This document shows, one piece after another, positions 1-8,940 of a stretch of DNA of 64,000 nt (the first letter of the stretch is position 1; each line of letters starts with the position of its first letter). Origin of the DNA: Bacteroidota bacterium (GTDB lineage: Bacteria; Bacteroidota; Ignavibacteria; UBA10030; UBA6906); the NCBI GenBank assembly GCA_046160825.1, contig JBJXHC010000075.1, positions 991 to 64,990 of the forward strand, written 5' to 3'. Under the pieces are notes generated by a model. That model was not told the DNA's origin. It did not search any database and saw only the letters and a list, made by a program, of their open reading frames with translations. Position numbers and translations under genes: made by a program.

Positions 1-323
1 AAGTGCCTTCCCCGTTCCTTGCAAAGATCCTTCAGGAACTTGCGCACAAGGGAGTGCTCATGTCCTCCAAAGGACCGCGCGGAGGGTTTGGGCTCGCCAA
101 ACCGGCCAACCAGATCACGATGCTTGAAATCGTGGAGTCAGTTGACGGGACGGCATTTACGAATGGTTGTCTGCTCGGGTTTATGGAGTGTACCACCGAA
201 ACGCCGTGTGCAATGCACGATGAGTGGTTCGGGATTCGTGATCGGATTATTGGCGCACTTGGCAATCAGGACCTCGGAGAGATGGCAAGGCGAATGCACA
301 AGCCTGAGTACGTCGGAGCCTGA
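1..323 (+). CDS. Rrf2 family transcriptional regulator (5'-truncated by window edge)
   Basis: Winged-HTH signature LAKILQEL..KGVLMSSKGPRGGF.LAK..IT.LEIV; three C-terminal Cys (CLLGFMECTTETPC) typical of Fe-S-binding Rrf2 proteins. Confidence 0.9.
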   Translation, partial: VPSPFLAKILQELAHKGVLMSSKGPRGGFGLAKPANQITMLEIVESVDGTAFTNGCLLGFMECTTETPCAMHDEWFGIRDRIIGALGNQDLGEMARRMHKPEYVGA

Positions 324-359
324 GTTGGGATATGTTCTCCCATGTTCTGGTTGCGGAGT

Positions 360-374
360 TGGCACGGGAATTGG
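360..374 (+). promoter_or_regulatory. sigma54-type -24/-12 promoter (variant -12 GG)
   Basis: TGGCACGGGAATTGG, GG-N10-GG, just upstream of the polyferredoxin gene. Confidence 0.5.
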
Positions 375-395
375 CTTCTTAGGACTGGAAGGTCG

Positions 396-1694
396 ATGGG
401 AATGACGAATCCAGCCAAAGGAAATCAGAGGGACGATTCTCAATCGGGCCAGGTTATCAGACTTGAAAGTCCGATTATGAGAATTGAAAAAATGGAATCC
501 GGAAGAGGTATCCTTCCGGACGAATTTGTCGCCGACACCTCGTTTCGCAGAGTCCTGAAGGTCGAGAAGCCCCGGACAATAAAGAAGATCCCATCTGGCT
601 CTCGCCGTCGCCTGCCGGATTTTTCCTCCGAACCCCGTTACACAAAGCGGTTCATGTGGAGACTCAAGGACGATCCGCAGTTCCTCAGGTCAACAGTCCA
701 GTTTACGTTTGCCCTCCTTTGTGTTTGGATTGGGATTGAGTTTTACGTCTTCATGCAGTGGGGGCTTTCAGATGGAGATGTCTCGTTTTCCAATCGTCCT
801 CCAGGGGTCGAGGGTTTTCTTCCGATCAGCGCCCTCATCAGTCTCAAGTATTGGATGCTCACGGGCATCGTCAACAACATTCATCCCGCATCCCTGTTCA
901 TCCTGGTCGCGATTGTTGCTATCAGCGTTGTACTCAAGAAGTCTTTCTGCAGTTGGTTGTGTCCTGTAGGCACGGTAAGCGAGTCTCTGTGGATGGTCGG
1001 ACAAAGGCTCTTCAAGCGCAACCTGAATGTTACGCGCTGGCTTGATTACCCTCTCCGATCCCTCAAATACATTTTTCTTTTCTTTTTTGTGTACGCAATC
1101 TGGAATATGGATGTCTCATCGTTGGCGACGTTCATTCATAGCCCTTACAACAAAGTTGCGGATATCAAGATGTACTTGTTTTTTGCGGAGATCACCACGT
1201 TTGCGCTGTGGGTGATTCTTGGTCTTGTCCTGCTCTCGGTGGTGATCAAGAACTTCTGGTGTCGCTTCTTGTGTCCCTACGGTGCTCTGCTCGGCATTGT
1301 TGGGTGGATGAGTCCCTTGAAGGTTACACGCAACGCATCCTCGTGCATTGACTGCGAGCTCTGTACGAAAGCATGTCCTGCCAACATCAAGGTGCATGTC
1401 GTTGGAAGAGTATGGAGTGATGAGTGCACGAGCTGTTTGCAGTGTGTATCCGTGTGTCCGGTGAAGGATACGCTCAATATGCAACTGAGTACATCTCGCA
1501 AACTCGTCCCTCACTGGATGTTGGGAATTCTTGTCGCCGGAGTATTTGTGGCTATTACAGGGTTGGCAATGCTCACTGGTCACTGGCAGAACACAATCAC
1601 GCAGGAGGAATATCAGCGCCGATTCCGCCAACTTGATTCGCCAAAGTATCAACACTTTCAGGGCAAGGTGCCGGACTATGGATCAGAGGACTGA
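396..1694 (+). CDS. Membrane-bound 4Fe-4S binding protein (NapH/MauN/YccM-like polyferredoxin)
   Basis: Several TM helices, two CxxxCP motifs (FCSWLCPVG, WCRFLCPYG) and two ferredoxin motifs (CIDCELCTKACP, CTSCLQCVSVCP); start uncertain (396/402/477) because the ORF-track start at 342 lies upstream of the promoter motif. Confidence 0.85.
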   Translation: MGMTNPAKGNQRDDSQSGQVIRLESPIMRIEKMESGRGILPDEFVADTSFRRVLKVEKPRTIKKIPSGSRRRLPDFSSEPRYTKRFMWRLKDDPQFLRSTVQFTFALLCVWIGIEFYVFMQWGLSDGDVSFSNRPPGVEGFLPISALISLKYWMLTGIVNNIHPASLFILVAIVAISVVLKKSFCSWLCPVGTVSESLWMVGQRLFKRNLNVTRWLDYPLRSLKYIFLFFFVYAIWNMDVSSLATFIHSPYNKVADIKMYLFFAEITTFALWVILGLVLLSVVIKNFWCRFLCPYGALLGIVGWMSPLKVTRNASSCIDCELCTKACPANIKVHVVGRVWSDECTSCLQCVSVCPVKDTLNMQLSTSRKLVPHWMLGILVAGVFVAITGLAMLTGHWQNTITQEEYQRRFRQLDSPKYQHFQGKVPDYGSED

Positions 1695-2451
1695 GGTGTT
1701 CGGTGCCGGGGAATTTTATGACCGGCTTGCACCGGACTACGATCAGATGACCGGTTTCGAAGGCCGGTTTGTCCGGGAACGATCTGCCTTCAAGGTTCTT
1801 GTCGACAACCACTGCATAACCACCGCGTTGGATGCCGGATGTGGAACGGGATTTCATTCGTTTCTGCTTGCACGGCTTGGAGTTGCAGTGACAGCTGTTG
1901 ATCTCTCTGCAGCAATGCTTGAGGGACTTCGCCGGCACTCTTCCGAAGAGAATCTCACGATTGCAGTCCTTCAGGCTTCATTTCAGGAATTACCGCAGCG
2001 CCTCAGCGTGTCGTTCGATGGTATCTTCTGTATGGGGAATGCATTGTCACATCTGCTGACCGATCAGGATCTCCGTATGGCGCTCAACAATTTTTCGACG
2101 ATGCTCAACCCCGGCGGCCTTCTTGTTCTCCAGCTATTGAACTACGAGCGGATTCTTGACCAGAGACCCCGTGTGCTCAACACGAGGAAAATCGGTGCAA
2201 CGATCTATACACGTTACTACGAGTATGAGAATCCGTTGATCCGGTTCAACATCTCGAAATCCCGGGAAGGAAATGAGCAGCCGGATGAGATCATCACGAC
2301 GACCCTGCGTCCGATACTGCAGAAGGAGCTTTCCGTAATAGTGCGTGATGCGGGATTTGAGAGCACGAAATGTTTCGGCTCTATCTCCATGACGGAATAC
2401 CTGCCCGCAACATCTCAAGACCTTGTGGTGCTGGCATTGAGAAGAGCTTAG
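1678..2451 (+). CDS. Class I SAM-dependent methyltransferase
   Basis: LDAGCGTG motif I, VDLS, FDGIFCMGNAL, LNPGGLLV; ATG at 1678 overlaps the upstream stop. Confidence 0.9.
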   Translation: MDQRTEVFGAGEFYDRLAPDYDQMTGFEGRFVRERSAFKVLVDNHCITTALDAGCGTGFHSFLLARLGVAVTAVDLSAAMLEGLRRHSSEENLTIAVLQASFQELPQRLSVSFDGIFCMGNALSHLLTDQDLRMALNNFSTMLNPGGLLVLQLLNYERILDQRPRVLNTRKIGATIYTRYYEYENPLIRFNISKSREGNEQPDEIITTTLRPILQKELSVIVRDAGFESTKCFGSISMTEYLPATSQDLVVLALRRA

Positions 2452-2482
2452 TGGGTCCCAATGGAGGTGAGGCATGCGAAGT

Positions 2483-3049
2483 TCAGGTGTGCTTTGTTCT
2501 CTTCAGGAGATTGTGGCAATACGGGCAGAAACCGTGACCCTTCAGATCAAGCTCTTCCACGTATGATGCGGCATGCATAACGCAGGAGTGAAGTGAACAG
2601 TGCACCAGCCCCAACGAGTGGCCGAGTTCATGAATCACGACCTTTTGCAGTCGCTCTTGGACGAGTTGCTGATTGGATGGAAGTCCATAGAGCTCATTGC
2701 GGAAACGATGATACGATACAACGGCAACATTTCCCCCCAACGCAGCCTCACCGAACACATACGTGAGTATCGGTATGAACAAGTCCTGTCCCGTCACGCC
2801 GACGATTCGTACTGCATGACCCGTTTGTGTTGTCAAGGTCCGGAGGGTTGATGGAGCCGAATGATCCAGGTAGTGTAAGATTGCAGTGGAATTGTATTGT
2901 CCGCGTTGACTGTCATAGAATCGGTCAATTGGGATGGACCTTGGGCGGATGCTTACCGCTACTCCAAACGTCTCTCGTAGCGCAGATCCCAAACCATCAA
3001 ATACACCGGCGTCAACCTCTGCCAGCGGTTGTACCTCAATTGCTGTCAT
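2483..3049 (-). CDS. Archaemetzincin-family Zn metalloprotease
   Basis: HELGHSLGLVHCxxxSCVM metzincin motif with Cys Zn-finger (FCPYC); RGQYNS motif; no signal peptide. Confidence 0.9.
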   Translation of the reverse strand: MTAIEVQPLAEVDAGVFDGLGSALRETFGVAVSIRPRSIPIDRFYDSQRGQYNSTAILHYLDHSAPSTLRTLTTQTGHAVRIVGVTGQDLFIPILTYVFGEAALGGNVAVVSYHRFRNELYGLPSNQQLVQERLQKVVIHELGHSLGLVHCSLHSCVMHAASYVEELDLKGHGFCPYCHNLLKRTKHT

Positions 3050-4388
3050 TGCGCTTCAGGTCGTACTTCTGAATCTTGTGGTAAAGTGTTACCCGGTCAA
3101 TATCCAGAATAGTTGCAGCACGACTGACATTCCATCCTGTTTCGGCGAGAACCTCCTGGATATACTTGTGCTCAACATCGTCAAGTGTTTTCCTGCCGTT
3201 GGCTCCTACGACCACTGTTCGTAACGGAAGATGATCCTTCTCGATCATCGCCCCAACGCTCACCACTACAGCGCGCTCGATTGCATTCTCTAGCTCACGG
3301 ACATTTCCCGGCCATTCATACCCCTTCAGCTCGATCATCGCTTCATGCGAAAATCCTTCAATCTTCTTGTTCATTGCCTTTGAATATTTGTCAAGGAAAT
3401 GATGGGCCAGTTTTGCCATATCTCCCTTTCGATTGCGGAGAGGAGGGATGCAAATCGGAAAAACATTCACACGGTAGAAGAGGTCTTCTCTGAACGTGCC
3501 TTCTTTTACTGCTTGCTCCAGGTTCTTATTCGTCGCACAAATCACCCTGAAGTCTGATTTGAGAACCTCTGTTCCTCCGACCCGTGTGAACTGCTTTGTC
3601 TCGATAACGCGGAGCAAGTCCATCTGCGTCTTCGTATCAATGTTCCCAATTTCATCAAGGAACAACGTCCCTCCATCGGCCATCTCCACTTTTCCTTTCC
3701 GCGTGTACTGTGCACCGGTGAACGCACCTTTCTCATGACCAAACAGTTCGCTTTCCAGCAATGTCTCTGTCATGGCACCGCAGTTTACAGTGACGAGAGA
3801 GAAGAACTTTCGTTGACTGGCATTGTGAATTGCGCGTGCGACCAGCTCTTTGCCAGTACCGCTCTCACCGCGTATCATGACGGTGGTATCTGCAACAGCA
3901 ACGGTCTGCACAAGTTTCAGGACATTAAGGATCTCCGGCGATTCACCGATAATCTTATCGCTGCTGGTGAGTTCGTTGACCGCATCTTTCAGCCGCTGAT
4001 TCTCTTTGAGCAGTTCCTGTTCCTGAAGAATCTTCTCGACAAGATGATCAAGATAGTCGGGGTCAATGGGTTTCGTGATGTAATCGTAGGCGCCATCTTT
4101 GAGGGACTTCACTGCAGTCTCCACAGCCGCAAACGCCGTGATAATGATAACGGCGATATGTTTGTTGGTTTCCTTGATACGATGCAACAGTTCAATGCCG
4201 TCCATGCCCGGCATCCTGATGTCGACAAACATGATGTTCCAGTGGTTCGCCTGCAGCTTTTTTAGTGCTGATGCAGCATTCTCTGCTACGTCAACGCGGT
4301 AGCCCCCTTCGGCAAACCATTTCGAGAGCGACTCACGTACGATCAACTCATCGTCTACGATAAGAATCCCGACCTCATTGTTGTTCAT
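3036..4388 (-). CDS. Sigma54-dependent response regulator (NtrC/AtoC family; REC-AAA+-HTH)
   Basis: REC (ILIVDDE, DIRMPGMDG), Walker A GESGTGKE, GAFTGA, LFLDEIG, WPGNVRELEN, Fis-type HTH. Confidence 0.95.
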   Translation of the reverse strand: MNNNEVGILIVDDELIVRESLSKWFAEGGYRVDVAENAASALKKLQANHWNIMFVDIRMPGMDGIELLHRIKETNKHIAVIIITAFAAVETAVKSLKDGAYDYITKPIDPDYLDHLVEKILQEQELLKENQRLKDAVNELTSSDKIIGESPEILNVLKLVQTVAVADTTVMIRGESGTGKELVARAIHNASQRKFFSLVTVNCGAMTETLLESELFGHEKGAFTGAQYTRKGKVEMADGGTLFLDEIGNIDTKTQMDLLRVIETKQFTRVGGTEVLKSDFRVICATNKNLEQAVKEGTFREDLFYRVNVFPICIPPLRNRKGDMAKLAHHFLDKYSKAMNKKIEGFSHEAMIELKGYEWPGNVRELENAIERAVVVSVGAMIEKDHLPLRTVVVGANGRKTLDDVEHKYIQEVLAETGWNVSRAATILDIDRVTLYHKIQKYDLKRNDSN

Positions 4389-6036
4389 GGTTCATTTCCT
4401 TTCTTATTCCGGAAACTCCCGGTTGTGATGCATCCATTTCTTGCTTTATGGGAAACGTCAGCGTGAATGTTGTTCCTGCTCCCGGTGTCGAGTCCGCGAG
4501 AATGGTCCCGTGGTGGTGCTGAACAATCCCATACACCACCGCCAGACCCAGTCCAACCCCCTTGCCTTCAGACTTTGTCGTGAAGAACGGCTCAAAAATG
4601 TGCGCCTTCACATCGTCGCTCATTCCGCATCCTGTATCGCTCACGCAAAGACGAACCTTATCCGGTGCTTGCTGTAGCACCTCGATCTTCAAGTGTCCCG
4701 CGGAAGTTCTTCCGGGAGAGTCCATCGCTTCAATTGCGTTCGATATCAATGCGATAAGTGCCTGCTGAAGTTGATTTGAATCGCCATCCATCACGATATT
4801 GTCCGGGCACGAGATGTTCAATTCGATCTCATGCATACGGGCATGGTGGCTCATGAGCATTACGCAACGATCCACAACTGTTTTCAAGGAGACAACACCG
4901 AATGATCCCCCCCGGTGGCGCGCAAAGACGAGCAGGTTCTTCACGATGTTACCGCAACGGAGTGATTCATCAGCGATGAGTTTCAGCTCATCATGCATTT
5001 GCTGAAGTTCTTTTTCGCCGAGGGTGGACCGTTTCACTTTTTTCATCAACAGCCGTGCGAATGTCAGAATACCCTCAAGCGGATTGTTCAGTTCATGGGC
5101 AACAGTCGCCGCAAGGTTTCCCAGTGATGCCATTTTCTCGACAGTGACCATATGCTTGTGTGCCCGCTCCAGGTCTGCGGTTTTTTCTTCCACCTTTTGT
5201 TCGAGTGTGCGTGACCATCCTGTGAGTTCCTCCCTCGCGGTGACGAGATCTTCCGTCATACGGTTGAACGTCACAGCGAGCTTGCCAAACTCATCGCTCG
5301 ATGTTGTTTCAAGCTTCTGATCCAACTGGCCCGAAGAGACCAACTGCATTCCCCTCATCAGTCGCTTAACTGGTCGGTTGATGACGATCCAAATGAAGCC
5401 TCCCGAGATCAAAGAGATCAGGAGTACGGCACCCGATGAAAGGAGGAGGAGCTGGTTCCTGCTTTGCTGCAGGTGGACGTCCACCTGCGCAAGAGACATT
5501 TTCACATCCAGAACTCCCAGAATGGTTTTCGATTCCGGGTGTGCATGACACGCTGCGTCCGAACATTGTCGTTCATTCCGGATCGGGGTAATGAGCCCGA
5601 GAACGCGGTCGCCGTTTGGTTTGCTAAAAACGCGCGTGAGCTGGGCGGTTGTTTGAGAAATGCTGTCGAGATGCGTGGACGAATGACAACTCACACATGC
5701 CTCAGCGTTTACATCCACCTGGGTGTGCGCTTCGTCCGGGATGGATCCAAAGATGACTTCACCCTGTTTGTTGTAAATGCGGATGCCTTCGAGTCCCGGT
5801 TCACCCCCGACAGAGGCGATGATGTTGCGAACATCGTCCTTTTGATTGAGTAACATGCTGTGGCGCGTAGAGCGGGCAATAAGGTCGCTGACCCTCGTCG
5901 CTCCCATGACCACATTTTCCATAATGTGAGACTGCTGGATTTGTACGGCGGCGAAGGTGAACGCAAACAGGATGATGGTCTGTACTGAGACAATCACCAG
6001 GAAGAGTCTGAATGCTATTGTCCGCGTGAGTTTCAT
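4375..6036 (-). CDS. Sensor histidine kinase with periplasmic heme-c motif(s), HAMP, HisKA, HATPase
   Basis: Two TM helices flank a domain with CVSCH and CSDAACH; HAMP; AHELNNPL H-box; FEPFFTTK and GVGLGLA boxes; start taken at ATG 6036. Confidence 0.92.
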   Translation of the reverse strand: MKLTRTIAFRLFLVIVSVQTIILFAFTFAAVQIQQSHIMENVVMGATRVSDLIARSTRHSMLLNQKDDVRNIIASVGGEPGLEGIRIYNKQGEVIFGSIPDEAHTQVDVNAEACVSCHSSTHLDSISQTTAQLTRVFSKPNGDRVLGLITPIRNERQCSDAACHAHPESKTILGVLDVKMSLAQVDVHLQQSRNQLLLLSSGAVLLISLISGGFIWIVINRPVKRLMRGMQLVSSGQLDQKLETTSSDEFGKLAVTFNRMTEDLVTAREELTGWSRTLEQKVEEKTADLERAHKHMVTVEKMASLGNLAATVAHELNNPLEGILTFARLLMKKVKRSTLGEKELQQMHDELKLIADESLRCGNIVKNLLVFARHRGGSFGVVSLKTVVDRCVMLMSHHARMHEIELNISCPDNIVMDGDSNQLQQALIALISNAIEAMDSPGRTSAGHLKIEVLQQAPDKVRLCVSDTGCGMSDDVKAHIFEPFFTTKSEGKGVGLGLAVVYGIVQHHHGTILADSTPGAGTTFTLTFPIKQEMDASQPGVSGIRKEMNHEQQ

Positions 6037-6077
6037 ACGATCCTGAGAAAAGACGGAATCCCCCGCGTTGAATTTGT

Positions 6078-6092
6078 TCACAATTCATGCCA
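6078..6092 (-). promoter_or_regulatory. sigma54-type promoter (variant -12 GA)
   Basis: Minus-strand TGGCATGAATTGTGA in the gap upstream of the kinase. Confidence 0.45.
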
Positions 6093-6217
6093 GCCGGGAT
6101 ACGCGGAGATTCCGTCCATTTGAAGACTAACTGCATATTTCCTTTTCAGACCGATCGGTCTTTTGTCAACTCTGGAGATGGTCCCCTTTTGTAATAACAG
6201 GAATGACAAACACAACA

Positions 6218-7438
6218 TCATCCTCGTGAATTTGCGGCGACAAGACTCTTCCTGAGATTCGATAGCGTACCTGGCTCCGGAACGGAGTCAGGTGCTGCCA
6301 CATGACCAAGCTCAGTCTTCTTGTCAAACACATCGGAGTACTTGGCCACAAACGAGAATGCAGCGAATCCAAAAGCAGCGAGAGCTATGGTGATGGAGAG
6401 CTCCTGCCATGATGGAATGTATGTCCGCGTTTGCCACTGCTCCATGCTGGTGATGGCAGTATTCAATCTGTGGGCGACGAACCCAAGCAACACAAGCACT
6501 GATGAATAGAACAGCCCAACCTTGCTCGTCCGGACTTTCTTGAACAGAAGCAGCGCGAAGGGAACCAGGACTCCCAGGACGACTTCCCCGATGAACATTA
6601 TGCTTTGGTACGTTGGCTCAAACACGTATTGCAATGCATCCCGATTCACCAGATCCTGAATTCGTACGGTGAAGTACAGTGCAAGCACAACCACCACGAC
6701 TTTCGCCAACTGGGAGAGTAATGGCAGTTCTATCTCTCTACCGAATGCTCGCGCAGAGAGGAAGGACTCAAAGATCGTCATGCACAATCCTGCCGCAACG
6801 CACGAGATGATGAAGAGAAACGGAATGACGTTGGAATACCAGAGCGGGTGCATTCTCCCCGGTATGATAAGGAACAGCGACCCGAGGGAGGACTGGTGGA
6901 GTGTGGAAAGAAGCACACCTGCAACAACCAACGGAATCGTGATTGCCTTGACGACCTTCAAGGCCCGCTTCAGCCGGAAGCGTTCAAGAACCACGGGACT
7001 AAACTCCAACGCGAGCACTGTCGTGTACAGCATCACGCACCATGCAACTTCGAACATCACCGATCTCGGGTTCCAATAAATGAGTGCGTGCCAGATGGCC
7101 CACGGACGCCCGAGATCAACCATCAGGCCTGCGATGACAAGCAGATATCCGAGAAACGCTGTGAGAATAGTGGGTCGAAGGATTGGTCTGAACCGCTCAA
7201 TGTTGAAGATATACACTGCCGCCGCAATAGTGAATCCGCCGGCTGCGAGTCCGACCCCGACCAGAATATCGAACCCGATCCATAATCCCCACGGAAATGT
7301 ATCTGCAAGATTTGTGGTGGCCCCGAGGCCGAGAGTGAAGCGCTGGATTGTTGCCACAAGTCCTGCCACCATCAACGCCACGGCAACTACTTTCCAAAAA
7401 GTTATCTTAAGAAGTCCAGGGAATTTCATAGTCATCAC
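6218..7438 (-). CDS. NrfD/HybB/HmcC-family integral membrane subunit
   Basis: About 10 TM helices; PWGLWIGFD, AAGGF, DLGRPW, SVMFEVAWC, LSTLHQSSLG motifs typical of HybB/HmcC. Confidence 0.9.
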   Translation of the reverse strand: MMTMKFPGLLKITFWKVVAVALMVAGLVATIQRFTLGLGATTNLADTFPWGLWIGFDILVGVGLAAGGFTIAAAVYIFNIERFRPILRPTILTAFLGYLLVIAGLMVDLGRPWAIWHALIYWNPRSVMFEVAWCVMLYTTVLALEFSPVVLERFRLKRALKVVKAITIPLVVAGVLLSTLHQSSLGSLFLIIPGRMHPLWYSNVIPFLFIISCVAAGLCMTIFESFLSARAFGREIELPLLSQLAKVVVVVLALYFTVRIQDLVNRDALQYVFEPTYQSIMFIGEVVLGVLVPFALLLFKKVRTSKVGLFYSSVLVLLGFVAHRLNTAITSMEQWQTRTYIPSWQELSITIALAAFGFAAFSFVAKYSDVFDKKTELGHVAAPDSVPEPGTLSNLRKSLVAANSRG

Positions 7439-8217
7439 CTTGTGTTAGTATTTGCTTGATCGTCTTTTTTGCGCAACTCCTCGGCTTCGAACCTCGCTAC
7501 CTCTGTCCGACGTGCTGTGATCCAATGAATACCGAAGAGGACCACGCTCGCTGCAACCGTATACTTCGGAATTTGTGAGAGCACACGCCACGAGAGATTG
7601 GGGATCGGCTCGTTCGGAATGTTCATCGGGAAACCGAGCTTCTCAAACGGGATGGCGGAGATGTACAGGACGGAAGTTCCCCCGGCCTCTTTCAATCCAT
7701 AGATGTAATTCACATACTGCCTGGGATTCTCGTCGATGCGCTTTCGTGCTTCCTTGATTATCTCGTCCCGATCACCGAATGTTGTCGCTCCGAACTGGCA
7801 CGCCTCGGCGCATGCTGTCGGCTGGCCGGCAGTCACACGCTCATAGCACATCTTGCACTTCTGGACCCTTGGCGCAAGACTGCTCCACTCATACCGTGGA
7901 ATCTCAAACGGGCATGCCTGCATACAGTACCGGCACCCGATGCACTTCGACTCGTCATAGATAACGGCGCCGGTTTCCGTCTTTGTGAACGCTCCCACCA
8001 GACACGCCGAAACACAGGTCGGCTCGTTACAGTGCATGCACAGCTTGCGCACATGGACTTCGTCATTTTGGAAGTTCTTCAGCACAGTGTATCGGGTTGC
8101 GGAAAGTTCTTGCCCTTCCTCCTGGGGAAGGCCGTTCGTTTCCGCGCAGGCGCGTGTGCATTCGCCACATCCAACGCACTTGGTGATATCGATAAGCAAC
8201 GCTTTTGAGGTACTCAT
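7435..8217 (-). CDS. 4x[4Fe-4S] ferredoxin subunit (HybA/FdnH/HmcB-like) with C-terminal membrane anchor
   Basis: 16 Cys in four groups (CVGCGECTRAC; CMHCNEPTCVSAC; CIGCRYCMQAC; CKMC..PTACAEAC); YIYGLKEAGGTS motif; C-terminal hydrophobic helix; no Tat leader. Confidence 0.9.
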   Translation of the reverse strand: MSTSKALLIDITKCVGCGECTRACAETNGLPQEEGQELSATRYTVLKNFQNDEVHVRKLCMHCNEPTCVSACLVGAFTKTETGAVIYDESKCIGCRYCMQACPFEIPRYEWSSLAPRVQKCKMCYERVTAGQPTACAEACQFGATTFGDRDEIIKEARKRIDENPRQYVNYIYGLKEAGGTSVLYISAIPFEKLGFPMNIPNEPIPNLSWRVLSQIPKYTVAASVVLFGIHWITARRTEVARFEAEELRKKDDQANTNTR

Positions 8218-8927
8218 TGGCCGGTCTCCTTGTGGTGAGGGACCTTTGTGCTACGTAGAGCCGTAAAGGCCTGACTGAAATCCTCCCACGTGCGTTCGTC
8301 AAGTTGCTGGACAACACCATCTACAGGCAGGCCGCCCTCCTGTAGGATCACAGATTGTCCCTGCATGCCTTTCATTGCTATTAAGTCCCGTACCAATGCC
8401 ACCTGCTCACGCAACCATTCTAACGGTTGTCGGACAACGTATTGTTTTGATGCCGCAATATCGTCAACCCTTGATTTCAAGCGGACAAGCCATCCCTTTC
8501 CATACGGATCAGTCAATATGAGCGAAGGGTCTCTCAGAACATCAGGGTTTGGCTCGACAACTCCACCGGCAACAGGTGTTGCCAGGCGGAATGATCGTCC
8601 GTTCGCACCCACTGAAAAATCAGCACAAGAGGGTATCGTCGTCTCTCCAGCGGGTGGGACGGAGATGGTTTCGACTACTCCCATCAGACGGCTAAGAAAC
8701 CCGTCAACCCCCAGCGTAATTGTCCCATCGTGGTTGGTCCGCATCCACATATGGTTGGTAGCGAGTTCGACATCCTCCGGGAGATGACTCGGAAGTTGGA
8801 AAGGCAGTAGTCGCGACGTCGCTGGGAGCGGCTTTCGGACCACTGCGGGCTGGCTGCGTTTTTTTTGAACAACATGGTCGATAGCCAGGAAAACAATCAG
8901 TGTGCAAAGTACGAGTAGGACTGTCAT
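8214..8927 (-). CDS. Glycine cleavage H-like protein, N-terminal TM anchor, no lipoyl lysine
   Basis: HMWMR..ITLGVD..TPVAGGVVEPN..LILTDPYGKGWLVRL matches the GcvH fold; the ESxK site is replaced by GANGRS. Confidence 0.8.
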   Translation of the reverse strand: MTVLLVLCTLIVFLAIDHVVQKKRSQPAVVRKPLPATSRLLPFQLPSHLPEDVELATNHMWMRTNHDGTITLGVDGFLSRLMGVVETISVPPAGETTIPSCADFSVGANGRSFRLATPVAGGVVEPNPDVLRDPSLILTDPYGKGWLVRLKSRVDDIAASKQYVVRQPLEWLREQVALVRDLIAMKGMQGQSVILQEGGLPVDGVVQQLDERTWEDFSQAFTALRSTKVPHHKETGQ

Positions 8928-8940
8928 GGTAGATTCTCCT

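Noticed and set aside
6218-8217. Hydrogenase-2 (hyb) operon or alternative complex III
   Set aside because: No NiFe subunits, maturation genes or ActA/B/D/E/F equivalents in the operon; gene symbols withheld
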